Assembly (NCBI GenBank): GCA_963823335.1
Contig: CAWGLD010000005.1
Span: 256,001-320,000 of the forward strand
Direction: 5' to 3'
Length of the DNA stretch: 64,000 nt
Origin: an uncultured delta proteobacterium
GTDB taxonomy: Bacteria > Desulfobacterota > Desulfobacteria > Desulfobacterales > B30-G6
A program made the translations under genes and the position numbers. Numbering within the stretch: position 1 is the stretch's first letter; every line of letters begins with the position of its first letter. Positions 9,039-18,949 of the stretch are shown piece after piece. The notes beneath the pieces were generated by a model. The model was not told the origin of the DNA, ran no database searches, and saw only the letters and a program-made list of their open reading frames with translations.

Positions 9039-10537
9039 CCCAGTTTCCTCAGTGCATTATAGGCGTATAACTGGACATACCAGTGATCAGACGTCTTAAT
9101 AGTTTCCAGAAGTCTTGCCGTGGTTTTCCGGAATTTCCTTTTTCCCATGCTGTAAAGCGCCTGACACACCACATTGGGGTGGGGATCTCGCATGAGGGTG
9201 ATCAGGTGTGTTTCGTCATCGGGGTGCCTGCCTGTTCCCAGGTTTCTGGCCAGCCAGTAACGAACCGGTATCGATGGGTGCTGTGACAGGTCTTTGGTAA
9301 GATCGAATTGATGCAGATCCAACCTGTTTGCTTCAATCTGCTTGAGTGCCTGGACCGTATCTTTCCAGTTGTCCGACGCAAGCATTCCGGGCAGGCTCTC
9401 AATTGTGAGGTCTTTTTTATCCCGCATGGGCATCAACATGAGCAACAGGATGCCCAACAGGCAGCAGACGACGATGCCGGCAATGGCAGATGACTGCCTG
9501 CCAAGGAAGCATGAGAATCCCCGGCACAACAGTCCGTTGAACAGCCAATAGAGTATCAGGGGGAATCCCACCAGCAATGATATTGATGTTGCTGCGCGAA
9601 AATGGATATAGGCATCATTGCTCTTGGACAGATCCTGCAGGATTTGTCGCGTATTTTCAAAAAAATCCTGCAGATCCGTCTCTATGACTGCCTGTCGACT
9701 TCCAGACAATCGTATACGTTCTTTTTCGACCGTGACTTCAAGGTCCGCCTTTCCCCTTCCATCGATCAATAAATAGTCGTAGTTGCCGAGCTTTCTTTTT
9801 AATTGCTTATATTCCCGGGAACCTTCTGACCCCGAGAGGTGATAGGTCTTGATCAGTTTTTGATTCAGGTTGCGAAAGACTTCTGCTGGATACAGGGTAT
9901 ACTGATAATAGAAGTCGTTGAGGTGTACGCCCGGAGCATTCGACAATAAAAGGTTGTCTCTGATATTGATATAGAGAGAGGCATTCATCTGGGTCGACCA
10001 GAGAAAGGCCAACAGCGAAACGACCAGAAAATGCAGCGATAGCGTCAGCCGGGAATGCCGTCCCGGATCGTTGGGGCTTAAAAGCAGGAAAAGTATGACC
10101 ACAACAGCAGGAATAAGGATGGCATGCAGGGTCGGCATGAGCACGAAGCCATGCCAGTTAAGGGCTGTTATCGACGATGCCCACAGCCCCAGGAAGACAA
10201 ATAGAAAACCCTTGTTCATGCGGCACAGGTATTTCCAGATCCAGACACACGCCAGGGATGCCAGAGAAATGCCCACCCCTACAGTGAGGGTGAAAAAGAG
10301 CCCACCGTTAAAGGCAGGGGATATCATTTTGAGTGTCGGTAATATCTTTTGGTTGGGGACCGTGAGAAAGCCGGCCTGGGCAAGCCAAAACATTTTCTCA
10401 TAAAGCGCCAGGTTGCTGATGAATACCTGTACCGTGCCAATTGTCTGTGCCAGGAGTAGGCCGGAACCGACAGATATGGATGCTGAAAACCGTGTTTTCA
10501 ATGTGCAGGTTCCTTTTTGTCTCGGAGCTATGAACAA
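9014..10537 (-). CDS. Multi-pass membrane protein with C-terminal HEAT-like repeats
   Basis: About 7-8 hydrophobic segments; C-terminal VRYWLARNLG, DPHPNVVCQALYSMG, WYVQLYAYNALRKL; overlaps the protease start. Confidence 0.7.
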   Translation of the reverse strand: MFIAPRQKGTCTLKTRFSASISVGSGLLLAQTIGTVQVFISNLALYEKMFWLAQAGFLTVPNQKILPTLKMISPAFNGGLFFTLTVGVGISLASLACVWIWKYLCRMNKGFLFVFLGLWASSITALNWHGFVLMPTLHAILIPAVVVILFLLLSPNDPGRHSRLTLSLHFLVVSLLAFLWSTQMNASLYINIRDNLLLSNAPGVHLNDFYYQYTLYPAEVFRNLNQKLIKTYHLSGSEGSREYKQLKRKLGNYDYLLIDGRGKADLEVTVEKERIRLSGSRQAVIETDLQDFFENTRQILQDLSKSNDAYIHFRAATSISLLVGFPLILYWLFNGLLCRGFSCFLGRQSSAIAGIVVCCLLGILLLMLMPMRDKKDLTIESLPGMLASDNWKDTVQALKQIEANRLDLHQFDLTKDLSQHPSIPVRYWLARNLGTGRHPDDETHLITLMRDPHPNVVCQALYSMGKRKFRKTTARLLETIKTSDHWYVQLYAYNALRKLGWKQIASN

Positions 10538-10790
10538 AAAGAAGGTGAATATCGCGGCTGCTGGATAATCCCTGTTCGACTGTGAAAAACTCAGACAGTT
10601 TCACAGTCACTCAGAGATCACCCATCAGCCTTAGGGTCTTACCTCTGTTTGGTTTACAGGCCCGTTTTGTTTAATGTTTGAGACTTATAGCGATGACGTA
10701 TACCATATATGGCAACCCTTGGGCAAATACCAATCTTTTCTTGTCTATTCAAAGGAATTGGGATATAAAAATCGTTTTATTGAAGAGCAT

Positions 10791-10838
10791 CCATAAGCCG
10801 TAAGCTATTTGCGGCTTATGGCTTAATGCTTACAGCTT
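10791..10838. repeat. Degenerate heptamer inverted-repeat element
   Basis: ccataagccgtaagctatttgcggcttatggcttaatgcttacagctt. Confidence 0.65.
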
Positions 10839-10853
10839 GAAAAAGAGGTTATC

Positions 10854-12227
10854 ATGAAAATTATCGTGGCAGGTACAGGGTATGTAGGGCTCGTCCATGC
10901 AGCGGTCTGCTCGGAGTTCGGTCATGAAGTGATCGCTTATGATAATGATGAAGAGAAAATAGAGGCATTCTCCAGTGGGGAGACGGACCGAATCCTTCAA
11001 TATGTCAATGAGCCTGGATTGGCCGACATCATCCGGAAGGTCTATGGGAAGCATCTTTTCTTTTCTACGAGCCTGAAGGATATTGTCGAGGGAACGGATG
11101 TGATTTTTCTGTGTCTGCCTACGCCTCCCAACCTGGATGGCTCCACCAACCTGACCTATTACGATGCCGCCCTTGAAGTTATCGCAAAACACCTGCAGGA
11201 CCGGAAAGATCTGAGACGGGTCGTGGTCGTCAACAAAAGCACCGTACCCATCGGTACGGCAAACCACCTGAAATCGGTCCTGGAGCGCAACAAGGTCGAA
11301 AATGTCGGTGTGGCCTCCAATCCTGAGTTTCTTGCCGAGGGGACAGCGGTGCCGGAGGCCAGAAAACCGGATAGAATCATCGTGGGATGTAATGATGATG
11401 AAGATTTTATCCTTCTGCAGCGGGTTTATTCCAAATTCGTTCACCATGTGCAGACAAAATATATCGAGACCTCCCCGGAAACCGCCGAAGCCATCAAGTA
11501 TGTGGCCAATACCATGCTTCTGACCTATATATCGTTCTGGAACGGCATCGGTGCAAAACTGGGTGAGAAAATACCGAATGTGAAGATCGACGACCTGCGG
11601 CTTGGCGTCACGGCAGACAAACGCATCAGTACCTGGGGCTCGTTTGTCAGTAACGGTGCCGGTGGGAGCTGCTTTGGCAAGGATATCGCCTCCCTGATAT
11701 ACCAATTGCGACGGGCGAACGTCGACACAAAGATGTTGGAGGCTTCCTTCGAGGTCAATGAAAACCAGAAAGTCTATCTGGTGGATCGTGCCATCACCGA
11801 AAGTGGTTTCCAGTTCAATAACAAAACCATAGCTGTACTGGGTCTGGCTTTCAAGAAAAACACCAACGACATGCGTGATGCATCATCCATCAAGGCCATA
11901 GAACGTTTGCTGGGCAAAGGTGTTTCGTCCATAAGAGCTTACGATCCCCTGGCCAATGATGCTGCCAGGCTGGAATTCAATCCTTCCAGAAATGTGTTGT
12001 TTGAAAAAATACAGTATTTTGACTCGGCCAGGTCGGCCATCAAAGGATCGGATGCCCTGTTTATTTCTTCGGATTGCGAAGAATTTCGAGGGCTTTCCCG
12101 AACCATCGAAGATACGGCGGCCCCGCCGTATCTTATCTTGGATGGCAGACGCATGATCCCGGACTTTGAAATACTTGTGAAAAAAGGGTATACATACTTG
12201 GCAGTCGGATCCATGGTAATGGGTTAG
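10854..12227 (+). CDS. ugd: UDP-glucose/GDP-mannose dehydrogenase
   Basis: GTGYVGL, KSTVPIGT, SNPEFLAEG, catalytic GGSCFGKD, LGLAFKKNTNDMRD. Confidence 0.9.
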   Translation: MKIIVAGTGYVGLVHAAVCSEFGHEVIAYDNDEEKIEAFSSGETDRILQYVNEPGLADIIRKVYGKHLFFSTSLKDIVEGTDVIFLCLPTPPNLDGSTNLTYYDAALEVIAKHLQDRKDLRRVVVVNKSTVPIGTANHLKSVLERNKVENVGVASNPEFLAEGTAVPEARKPDRIIVGCNDDEDFILLQRVYSKFVHHVQTKYIETSPETAEAIKYVANTMLLTYISFWNGIGAKLGEKIPNVKIDDLRLGVTADKRISTWGSFVSNGAGGSCFGKDIASLIYQLRRANVDTKMLEASFEVNENQKVYLVDRAITESGFQFNNKTIAVLGLAFKKNTNDMRDASSIKAIERLLGKGVSSIRAYDPLANDAARLEFNPSRNVLFEKIQYFDSARSAIKGSDALFISSDCEEFRGLSRTIEDTAAPPYLILDGRRMIPDFEILVKKGYTYLAVGSMVMG

Positions 12228-12289
12228 GCTTGGATCCAGGCGGCTATTAGCATGTAGCTGTTAGCTGATAGCTCGATTAAAAGTTAAAT

Positions 12290-12535
12290 CTCAACTTTCG
12301 GGGTTCAGTGAACGCGAAATGAATAATCCCCTGGCGCTTTGCGAACTCGCCGCAAGGGCTCCTAACATCAGCACTTGCCATAAAGTTTAACAGGTATGAC
12401 TGTTAAATGATCGGGTTTTCATATTGGATTTTCATTGTCCTGCGCTGATGTAAGGAGCCCTAAGCGCCTCAAACAGCGCAAATCGCCATTGGATCACCCA
12501 TTTCGCTCTATCTATGACGAAACCCGAAAGTTGAG
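12290..12535. mobile_element. MITE-like non-autonomous element
   Basis: Terminal inverted repeats ctcaactttcggg / cccgaaagttgag, no transposase; the right end recurs at 23832-23875. Confidence 0.7.
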
Positions 12536-12590
12536 TTAAGTGTCTTGTTACCATCGGACAAAAGCAGATGAGAGAAGCGGGAATTATTAA

Positions 12591-12636
12591 AATAAGCGGC
12601 GAAGCCGCGTCAAATAAAATCACGCAGTGATTTTAT
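12591..12636. repeat. Two-hairpin element, copy 2
   Basis: gcggc-gaa-gccgc gtcaa ataaaatcac-gca-gtgattttat. Confidence 0.75.
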
Positions 12637-12646
12637 GGGGGTATGG

Positions 12647-15451
12647 ATGGATTACAAACAAACCTTGAATTTGCCCAAGACGAAATTTCCCATGAAGGCC
12701 AATCTGGCGGTTCGTGAGCCGGAACAGATTGCTGAATGGGAAACCTTAAAACTTTATGACAGAATTCGTGAGGAATCCAGGGAGCGGGAACCCTTTATCC
12801 TGCATGACGGCCCTCCTTATGCCAACGGCAATATTCATATCGGTACGGCCTTAAACAAGATTCTGAAAGATATTATTGTTCGTTCGCGCCAGATGTCCGG
12901 GTTCAATGCCACCTACGTTCCTGGATGGGACTGCCACGGCCTGCCCATCGAGCATAATGTCGACAAGGAAATGGGTGACAGGAAAAAAGAGATTTCCCAG
13001 GCGGATTTCCGTCGCAAGTGTCGGGCCTATGCTGAAAAGTGGATAGATATACAGCGGGAAGAATTCAAACGGCTGGGGGTCATGGGTGAATGGGAGAACC
13101 CGTACCTGACCATGAAATACCGCTACGAAGCGATTATCGCCACCGAATGCCTGAAGTTCGGGCTCAACGGCACTCTTTTCAGAAGCAAGAAACCGATTCA
13201 CTGGTGCTGTAGCTGTCAAACCGCCCTGGCAGAAGCCGAAATCGAATACCATGATGAAACCTCCCCATCCATTTATGTCAAATTTCCCATGATTGACGGG
13301 CTGGATGACGAAATACCGGCACTCAAGGGCAAGACGGTATCGGTAATTATCTGGACAACGACACCCTGGACGATACCGGCAAATCTGGCCATTACCCTGC
13401 ATCCCAATTTTATCTATGCGGCTGTGGATGTGGGCAACAACGATGTTTATATCCTCGCCAGGGAACTGGTGGAAAACTGCATGCAGACTTTCGGTATTTC
13501 CGACTATACAATTCTGGCCGAAATCGAGGCGTCGACACTGGAACGGAAAAAATGCCGTCATCCCCTTTACGACAGGGAATCCATGCTGATACTTGGCGAC
13601 CATGTAACCCTGGAAGCTGGAACCGGCTGTGTTCACACGGCTCCGGGTCATGGCCGGGAAGACTACGAAGTTGGGCTGGCATACGGTATCGACGCCTATT
13701 CTCCGGTGGACGATGACGGTCGTTTCACCGATGAGGTGGATCTTTTCAAGGGTGGCTTTGTTTTTGACACCAATAAAGCCATCAATGACACCTTGAATGA
13801 AGCCGGGGCCTTGCTGGCCAGTGAAAGCATCAAGCATTCCTATCCCCATTGCTGGCGGTGCAAAAAACCCGTGATATTCCGGGCAACTCCCCAGTGGTTT
13901 ATCTCGATGGATAAGACCGGTCTGAGGGAAAAGAGCCTGAAAGCCATTGATAAGGTTGAGTGGATACCGCATTGGGGAAAAGACCGGATATTCGGAATGA
14001 TCGAAAACCGCCCGGACTGGTGTATCTCACGGCAGCGGGCGTGGGGGGTTCCCATTGCGGCTTTTTATTGCAAAGACTGTGAAACACTGCTCTTGAACCA
14101 GGAGATGATCGACAACGTATTTCGATTGTTTGAAGCGCACGGCGCTGATGCATGGTTTGAAAGGGATACCAGTGAAATACTTCCCAAAGACGCAAGCTGT
14201 GAAAACTGTGGGAGTCAAACATTTGTCAAGGAAACCGATATTCTGGATGTGTGGTTTGACTCCGGTGTGAGCCACGCTGCCGTGCTCGAAGATCGGGACT
14301 ACTTGCGATGGCCCGCGGAACTCTATCTGGAAGGGAGCGATCAGCACCGGGGCTGGTTTCACAGCTCACTTCTGACTGCGGTGGGCACCCGGGGAAGTGC
14401 GCCCTATAAATCTGTTTTGACCCATGGGTTCGTGGTGGATGCCGATGGCCGCAAGATGTCAAAATCCATCGGAAACGTCATTGCACCCAAAAAAGTGATC
14501 GATAAATACGGCGCAGAGATTTTGCGTCTCTGGGTGGCGGCATCCGATTACAGGGACGATATCCGCATTTCTGAAAATATCTTGAGACAGCTCAGCGATG
14601 CCTATCGCCGTATTCGCAACACAAGTCGTTTCATGCTTGGAAACCTGTACGACTTTGATCCTGAAAAGGACAGTGTCACTTATGACGAAATGCCGGAAGT
14701 CGATCAATATGCACTGCATCGGCTTTACAGAATCATCGAAAAGACGCGCAAGGCCTACAACACCTATGAATTTCATGTGATTTATCATGCACTCTACAAT
14801 TTTTGTACACTGGATCTGTCTGCTTTCTATCTGGATATCCTGAAGGACCGTCTTTATACGTCACCACCGACGTCCGTGGCAAGACGAAGCGCCCAGACCG
14901 TCATGTGTGCCATCCTGGATGCCATGGGACGACTGATGAGCCCGATTCTACCTTTCACGGCTGAGGAGATCTGGAAATATATGCCCGGCCGGAATGAACA
15001 AGGAGAGAGTATCCATCTGCAGAGTCTCCCTGAGGCCAAGACCGTATGGAAAAACGATGCATTGGCCAAAAACTGGAAACTGTTGCTCGAGATCCGTGGC
15101 GAGGTTACCAAAGCGCTCGAAGAGGCCAGAACGCAGAAACTGATCGGTCACCCCCTCGATGCCGCTGTGACCTTGTCCGTTGATCCAGAAACGTATAAAA
15201 AATTGAAGCCATATTCAGAGGATCTAAGATTTATCCTCATTGTGTCCCAGGCGGATCTGACCAAGGGTCCCCTGGACGGGCACACTTTTCAGAGCGACGA
15301 TATCGAGGGCCTCAGCATAGAAGTGGCGCCTTCGCAAGGGACAAAATGTGAGCGGTGTTGGACGCACAGTCCCTCTGTCGGGTCACATGAGAGCTTTCCC
15401 ACCATCTGTGATCGTTGCGTGGGCACCATGGAGAAGTTAGATATAGCTTGA
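12647..15451 (+). CDS. ileS: Isoleucyl-tRNA synthetase
   Basis: [39 protein letters not shown]-terminal CERC/CDRC Zn finger; start [10 protein letters not shown]. Confidence 0.98.
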   Translation: MDYKQTLNLPKTKFPMKANLAVREPEQIAEWETLKLYDRIREESREREPFILHDGPPYANGNIHIGTALNKILKDIIVRSRQMSGFNATYVPGWDCHGLPIEHNVDKEMGDRKKEISQADFRRKCRAYAEKWIDIQREEFKRLGVMGEWENPYLTMKYRYEAIIATECLKFGLNGTLFRSKKPIHWCCSCQTALAEAEIEYHDETSPSIYVKFPMIDGLDDEIPALKGKTVSVIIWTTTPWTIPANLAITLHPNFIYAAVDVGNNDVYILARELVENCMQTFGISDYTILAEIEASTLERKKCRHPLYDRESMLILGDHVTLEAGTGCVHTAPGHGREDYEVGLAYGIDAYSPVDDDGRFTDEVDLFKGGFVFDTNKAINDTLNEAGALLASESIKHSYPHCWRCKKPVIFRATPQWFISMDKTGLREKSLKAIDKVEWIPHWGKDRIFGMIENRPDWCISRQRAWGVPIAAFYCKDCETLLLNQEMIDNVFRLFEAHGADAWFERDTSEILPKDASCENCGSQTFVKETDILDVWFDSGVSHAAVLEDRDYLRWPAELYLEGSDQHRGWFHSSLLTAVGTRGSAPYKSVLTHGFVVDADGRKMSKSIGNVIAPKKVIDKYGAEILRLWVAASDYRDDIRISENILRQLSDAYRRIRNTSRFMLGNLYDFDPEKDSVTYDEMPEVDQYALHRLYRIIEKTRKAYNTYEFHVIYHALYNFCTLDLSAFYLDILKDRLYTSPPTSVARRSAQTVMCAILDAMGRLMSPILPFTAEEIWKYMPGRNEQGESIHLQSLPEAKTVWKNDALAKNWKLLLEIRGEVTKALEEARTQKLIGHPLDAAVTLSVDPETYKKLKPYSEDLRFILIVSQADLTKGPLDGHTFQSDDIEGLSIEVAPSQGTKCERCWTHSPSVGSHESFPTICDRCVGTMEKLDIA

Positions 15452-15502
15452 GTGCTTCAATAAAAGGAATATTTGGAATATGAGCTTAGAAGTGGGGGCC
15501 CC

Positions 15503-15994
15503 GTGTCGGCAATTTTAGGAAACCGGTATGCCAAACTGGTGATGATCGCCGGAACTGTCTGCATCGTGGATCAGCTTGTGAAGGCCCTGATTGTATCCAT
15601 GGTTCCTGTATACCAGACGATTTCGGTCATTCCTGGATTTTTTAACCTGACACACATATATAATCCCGGAGGGGCATTTGGCTTCTTGTCCGGCAGTCCA
15701 TCGGAGCTGCGACATCTTTTTTTTGTGGTCGCATCGGTGGTGGCTATGGGTCTGATCATCTTTCTCTATGCCAAGACACCGTCCGGCCAGGGCTTGCTGG
15801 AATTCGGGCTGTCTTTGATCCTGGGTGGGGCTGTCGGTAATATTATAGACAGAATTCGTCTTGGAAAGGTGATCGACTTTCTCGATGTTTATGTCAAAGG
15901 TATTCACTGGCCTGCATTTAATGTCGCCGACAGTGCCATCACCATAGGTATCGGCTTATTTATTTATCATCTGCTCTTCAAAGAACTCAATTGA
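15503..15994 (+). CDS. lspA: Lipoprotein signal peptidase II
   Basis: DQLVK, NPGGAFG, GGAVGNIIDR, VIDF, WPAFNVADS; follows ileS. Confidence 0.95.
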   Translation: MSAILGNRYAKLVMIAGTVCIVDQLVKALIVSMVPVYQTISVIPGFFNLTHIYNPGGAFGFLSGSPSELRHLFFVVASVVAMGLIIFLYAKTPSGQGLLEFGLSLILGGAVGNIIDRIRLGKVIDFLDVYVKGIHWPAFNVADSAITIGIGLFIYHLLFKELN

Positions 15995-17274
15995 CGTCCA
16001 TCAAACACAACGAGATTCAGCAGTATTTAAAGCGCTTAAGCCAGGACAAAGGATCGGTTTTTTATCCGGTTTGCCTGTTGCACGGAGAGGAAGTGTTGAC
16101 CAAGGCCGCGCTTCAAAGCGTGTTGAACCTTCTCATGCCTGGGTCAGCCAGGCAATACAGTTACGAAACCTGGGAAGGCATACCTGAGAACGTCTTTGCT
16201 GCTGTGCAGTATTTGAACACCTATGCGCTGCTTAACAGCGGCAAGGTTGTGGCCCTGCTGAACAGTTCTCTTTTCTCTGCAACCCAAAAAGGAACACCCC
16301 CGTCTGACGACGCCCGTCAAGGACGGTCGACACCCGGTGATGCCGCTGAAATACTGATGACGGCCCTGTCGGAAAAATTTCCAGACAATCATTATTTAAT
16401 CATGACGGCAGAATCCGTTGATAAACGTCGACGGCTCTACAAGGTTGTGGAAAATGCCGGTCTGGTGGTTGACTGTTCCGTGCCACAGGGTGACCGTCAG
16501 GCGGACAGGGTCGCACAGGAGTCCGTTCTCAGAGAAAGCATGCAGAGCCTTCTTTCACAACACGATAAAATTCTGGAACCTTCAGCATTTGAAGCGCTCT
16601 GTGACATGACCGGGTTCGACATCCGAACATTTCAGAACAATCTCAACAAGCTTATCGATTATGTAGGTGACCGGAAAAATATCGCTCTGGAGGACATTTC
16701 GATTGCCCTGGAGCGGACCAAGCAGGACCCTATTTATGCATTCACGAATGCCTTGTCGGAAAAAGATGTTGGGAACGTGTTGTTTTATATGGATTCACTG
16801 CTTTCGAACGGATATCACGAACTGCAGCTTGTGGCGGCAGCGGTCAATCAGATCAGGCGTTTGCTGGTCATCAGAGACTTTGCGACAACAGTTGCCGGTG
16901 GTACCTGGCAGGCCGGTATGTCCTACAATACTTTCCGGGGCCATGTCATGCCCCTGATTCAAAAGCATGACACGGCTTTGAAGGAACAGCTCGCGGATTG
17001 GGACCGGTCTCTTGCGGGTGACGCGGAGACGGCCGGTGAGTCAAAAAAGCGAGTGACCGGGAGCGACCTTTTGATTGCTCCGAACCCGAACAATGCCTAT
17101 CCTGTTTACAAACTGATGCAAAATGCTGTGACATTCCATGTTGCAGAACTTCTTGACGCGCTGAAGACGCTCGGTCGAGCGGACCGGTATCTCAAATCTT
17201 CGGGGCAGCCACCCAGAGCGATTCTGGCCGATGCAGTATTGAATATATGTAGTGGGTTAAGATCGCATAGTTAA
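15991..17274 (+). CDS. holA: DNA polymerase III delta subunit
   Basis: PVCLLHGEE, VDKRRRLYK, NNLNKLIDY, IYAFTNAL, RADRYLKSSG pattern. Confidence 0.75.
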   Translation: MTSIKHNEIQQYLKRLSQDKGSVFYPVCLLHGEEVLTKAALQSVLNLLMPGSARQYSYETWEGIPENVFAAVQYLNTYALLNSGKVVALLNSSLFSATQKGTPPSDDARQGRSTPGDAAEILMTALSEKFPDNHYLIMTAESVDKRRRLYKVVENAGLVVDCSVPQGDRQADRVAQESVLRESMQSLLSQHDKILEPSAFEALCDMTGFDIRTFQNNLNKLIDYVGDRKNIALEDISIALERTKQDPIYAFTNALSEKDVGNVLFYMDSLLSNGYHELQLVAAAVNQIRRLLVIRDFATTVAGGTWQAGMSYNTFRGHVMPLIQKHDTALKEQLADWDRSLAGDAETAGESKKRVTGSDLLIAPNPNNAYPVYKLMQNAVTFHVAELLDALKTLGRADRYLKSSGQPPRAILADAVLNICSGLRSHS

Positions 17275-17290
17275 ATAAAAACATGAGGGT

Positions 17291-17418
17291 TTGCGGGGCA
17301 ATAAATGACGCGCGTAGCGCTAATGACGCCTGAAAGGCAAATGTCATCCGCAGGATAAATTGCACCCGTAAGGGTAAATATCGTCCGAAGGACTAATGAC
17401 ACCCGAAGGGCAAATAGT
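17291..17418. repeat. Tandem array of ~18-bp mini-hairpin units
   Basis: Six units of a 7-nt spacer ((a/t)aatgac-like) plus a 4-bp stem and a GNA loop; stem sequences differ but stay complementary. Confidence 0.85.
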
Positions 17419-17631
17419 ATGCTAAAGTTTGTTAAACAACAGGAACAAAAATTGGCCATGCGGCTCCTGGCCTGGCACTATGAGAAAAACTCCATTGTGA
17501 TGCCGCCGCCTTCCGAATTGAGGCAACAGGCCGAGCGTCTTGTCAATGACGCCCATCGCATCGCGAGGGAGAGGGGACGCAATGTGATGTCGATTATCAA
17601 GGACCTGGTTGCGGATATCAAGAAAGGTTAG
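17419..17631 (+). CDS. Small hypothetical protein (70 aa)
   Basis: Clean ORF, helical charged composition, co-oriented between holA and argC. Confidence 0.7.
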   Translation: MLKFVKQQEQKLAMRLLAWHYEKNSIVMPPPSELRQQAERLVNDAHRIARERGRNVMSIIKDLVADIKKG

Positions 17632-17654
17632 AAACCCGTAGCACACTGTTCATC

Positions 17655-17708
17655 AATTGAAGAACCTCGCAGCAAGCTACGGGGAATGCGCTCGCTGTTG
17701 CGGTTCAT
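17655..17708. repeat. Palindromic intergenic repeat, short copy of the 23715 element in reverse orientation
   Basis: attgaagaacctcgcagcaagctacggggaatgcgctcgctgttgcggttca matches both ends of 23715-23832. Confidence 0.8.
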
Positions 17709-17811
17709 TATCGGTTGCAAAAAAGAAAACGAGTATGTTAAGAAAATAATTTAATAGCGATAAGCGATAAGCCGTTAGCAGCGTATTGCTTATACACAGG
17801 TTAATAAACAC

Positions 17812-18870
17812 ATGACAAACCAGGGAAATAAAAGAATCACCGTCGGTATCATAGGGGCGACCGGTTATGCGGGTGCGGAACTTGTGAGAATCCTTTCCGG
17901 TCATCCCCATGTGACCGTGACAGTGCTGACATCACGTCAGTACACCGGGATCCGGTTCGACCAGGTATACCCGGCAATGAAGGACCGCATGCCGCTGGTA
18001 TGTGAAACGCTTTCCATGGAGAGACTGGACAATGCCTGTGAAGTGATATTTATGGCACTCCCGCATCAGATACCCATGACCATTGCTCCCGAACTGATTG
18101 CAAAAGGGAAACGCGTCATCGATCTCTCAGCCGATTTTCGATTCAACGACCCCAGTCTATATGAATCCGTATATCAACGCCATACTGCAATAGAGCTGCT
18201 GGGTGATGCTGTTTACGGTCTGAGTGAAATATATCCGGAGGCTATTCAGGATGCCGTGTTGATCGGAAATCCAGGTTGTTATCCTACCAGCGCGCTTTTA
18301 CCGATTATTCCACTTTTGCGGAGTGGGTTGATCGACTTGACGTCGATTATCATCGACGCTAAATCAGGGGTTAGTGGTGCCGGGCGTTCCTTGTCTCTGG
18401 GTACTCACTTCTGCCAGGTAAACGATTCCTTCAAGGCTTACAAGGTAGCCGAACATCGTCACAATCCTGAAATCGACGCCATCTTGAGCCGCGAAGCCGC
18501 AGAATCTGTGAGCGTTCTTTTTGTACCCCACCTGGTGCCAATGACCCGGGGTATGCTGACGACCATGTACGCAGGCTTGCAAAATCAGGTGACAGGGGAT
18601 GATATTCGGGCTTGTCTGAATGCATTCTATGGCAAGCGCCCCTTTGTGCGTATCTGCCCGGAAGGAAGCCTGCCGGAAACCCTTCATGTCAAAGGAACCA
18701 ATTACTGTGATATCGGTTTCAAGCTGGATCAAAAACAGGGTCGGGTCATCCTGATATCCGCCATCGACAATCTGGTAAAAGGTTCTGCAGGGCAAGCTGT
18801 TCAAAACATGAACATCATGTGTGGTTTTGATGAAAGCGCTGGATTGATGCAGATGCCATACCCGGTCTGA
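17812..18870 (+). CDS. argC: N-acetyl-gamma-glutamyl-phosphate reductase
   Basis: GATGYAGAEL, IDLSADFR, NPGCYPT, SGVSGAGR, DNLVKGSAGQA. Confidence 0.97.
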   Translation: MTNQGNKRITVGIIGATGYAGAELVRILSGHPHVTVTVLTSRQYTGIRFDQVYPAMKDRMPLVCETLSMERLDNACEVIFMALPHQIPMTIAPELIAKGKRVIDLSADFRFNDPSLYESVYQRHTAIELLGDAVYGLSEIYPEAIQDAVLIGNPGCYPTSALLPIIPLLRSGLIDLTSIIIDAKSGVSGAGRSLSLGTHFCQVNDSFKAYKVAEHRHNPEIDAILSREAAESVSVLFVPHLVPMTRGMLTTMYAGLQNQVTGDDIRACLNAFYGKRPFVRICPEGSLPETLHVKGTNYCDIGFKLDQKQGRVILISAIDNLVKGSAGQAVQNMNIMCGFDESAGLMQMPYPV

Positions 18871-18879
18871 CCCAAGCAC

Positions 18880-18908
18880 TTGACATGATCCGGTTCATGC
18901 AATAAAAC
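18880..18908 (+). promoter_or_regulatory. Candidate sigma70 promoter for folD
   Basis: TTGACA-17 nt-TAAAAC. Confidence 0.4.
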
Positions 18909-18949
18909 CGTTTTACTATCAATTATTTATTCAGGAAAGGAGAGCCATT

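Noticed and set aside
10830-13972. Long minus-strand ORFs 10830-11705 and 12851-13972 (similarly 44868-45662 and plus-strand 39821-40522)
   Set aside because: Antisense to clearly identified genes and lacking recognisable motifs.
17291-17418. CRISPR interpretation of the periodic hairpin array
   Set aside because: The period is only ~18 bp, there are no 25-40-nt unique spacers, and no cas genes are present.
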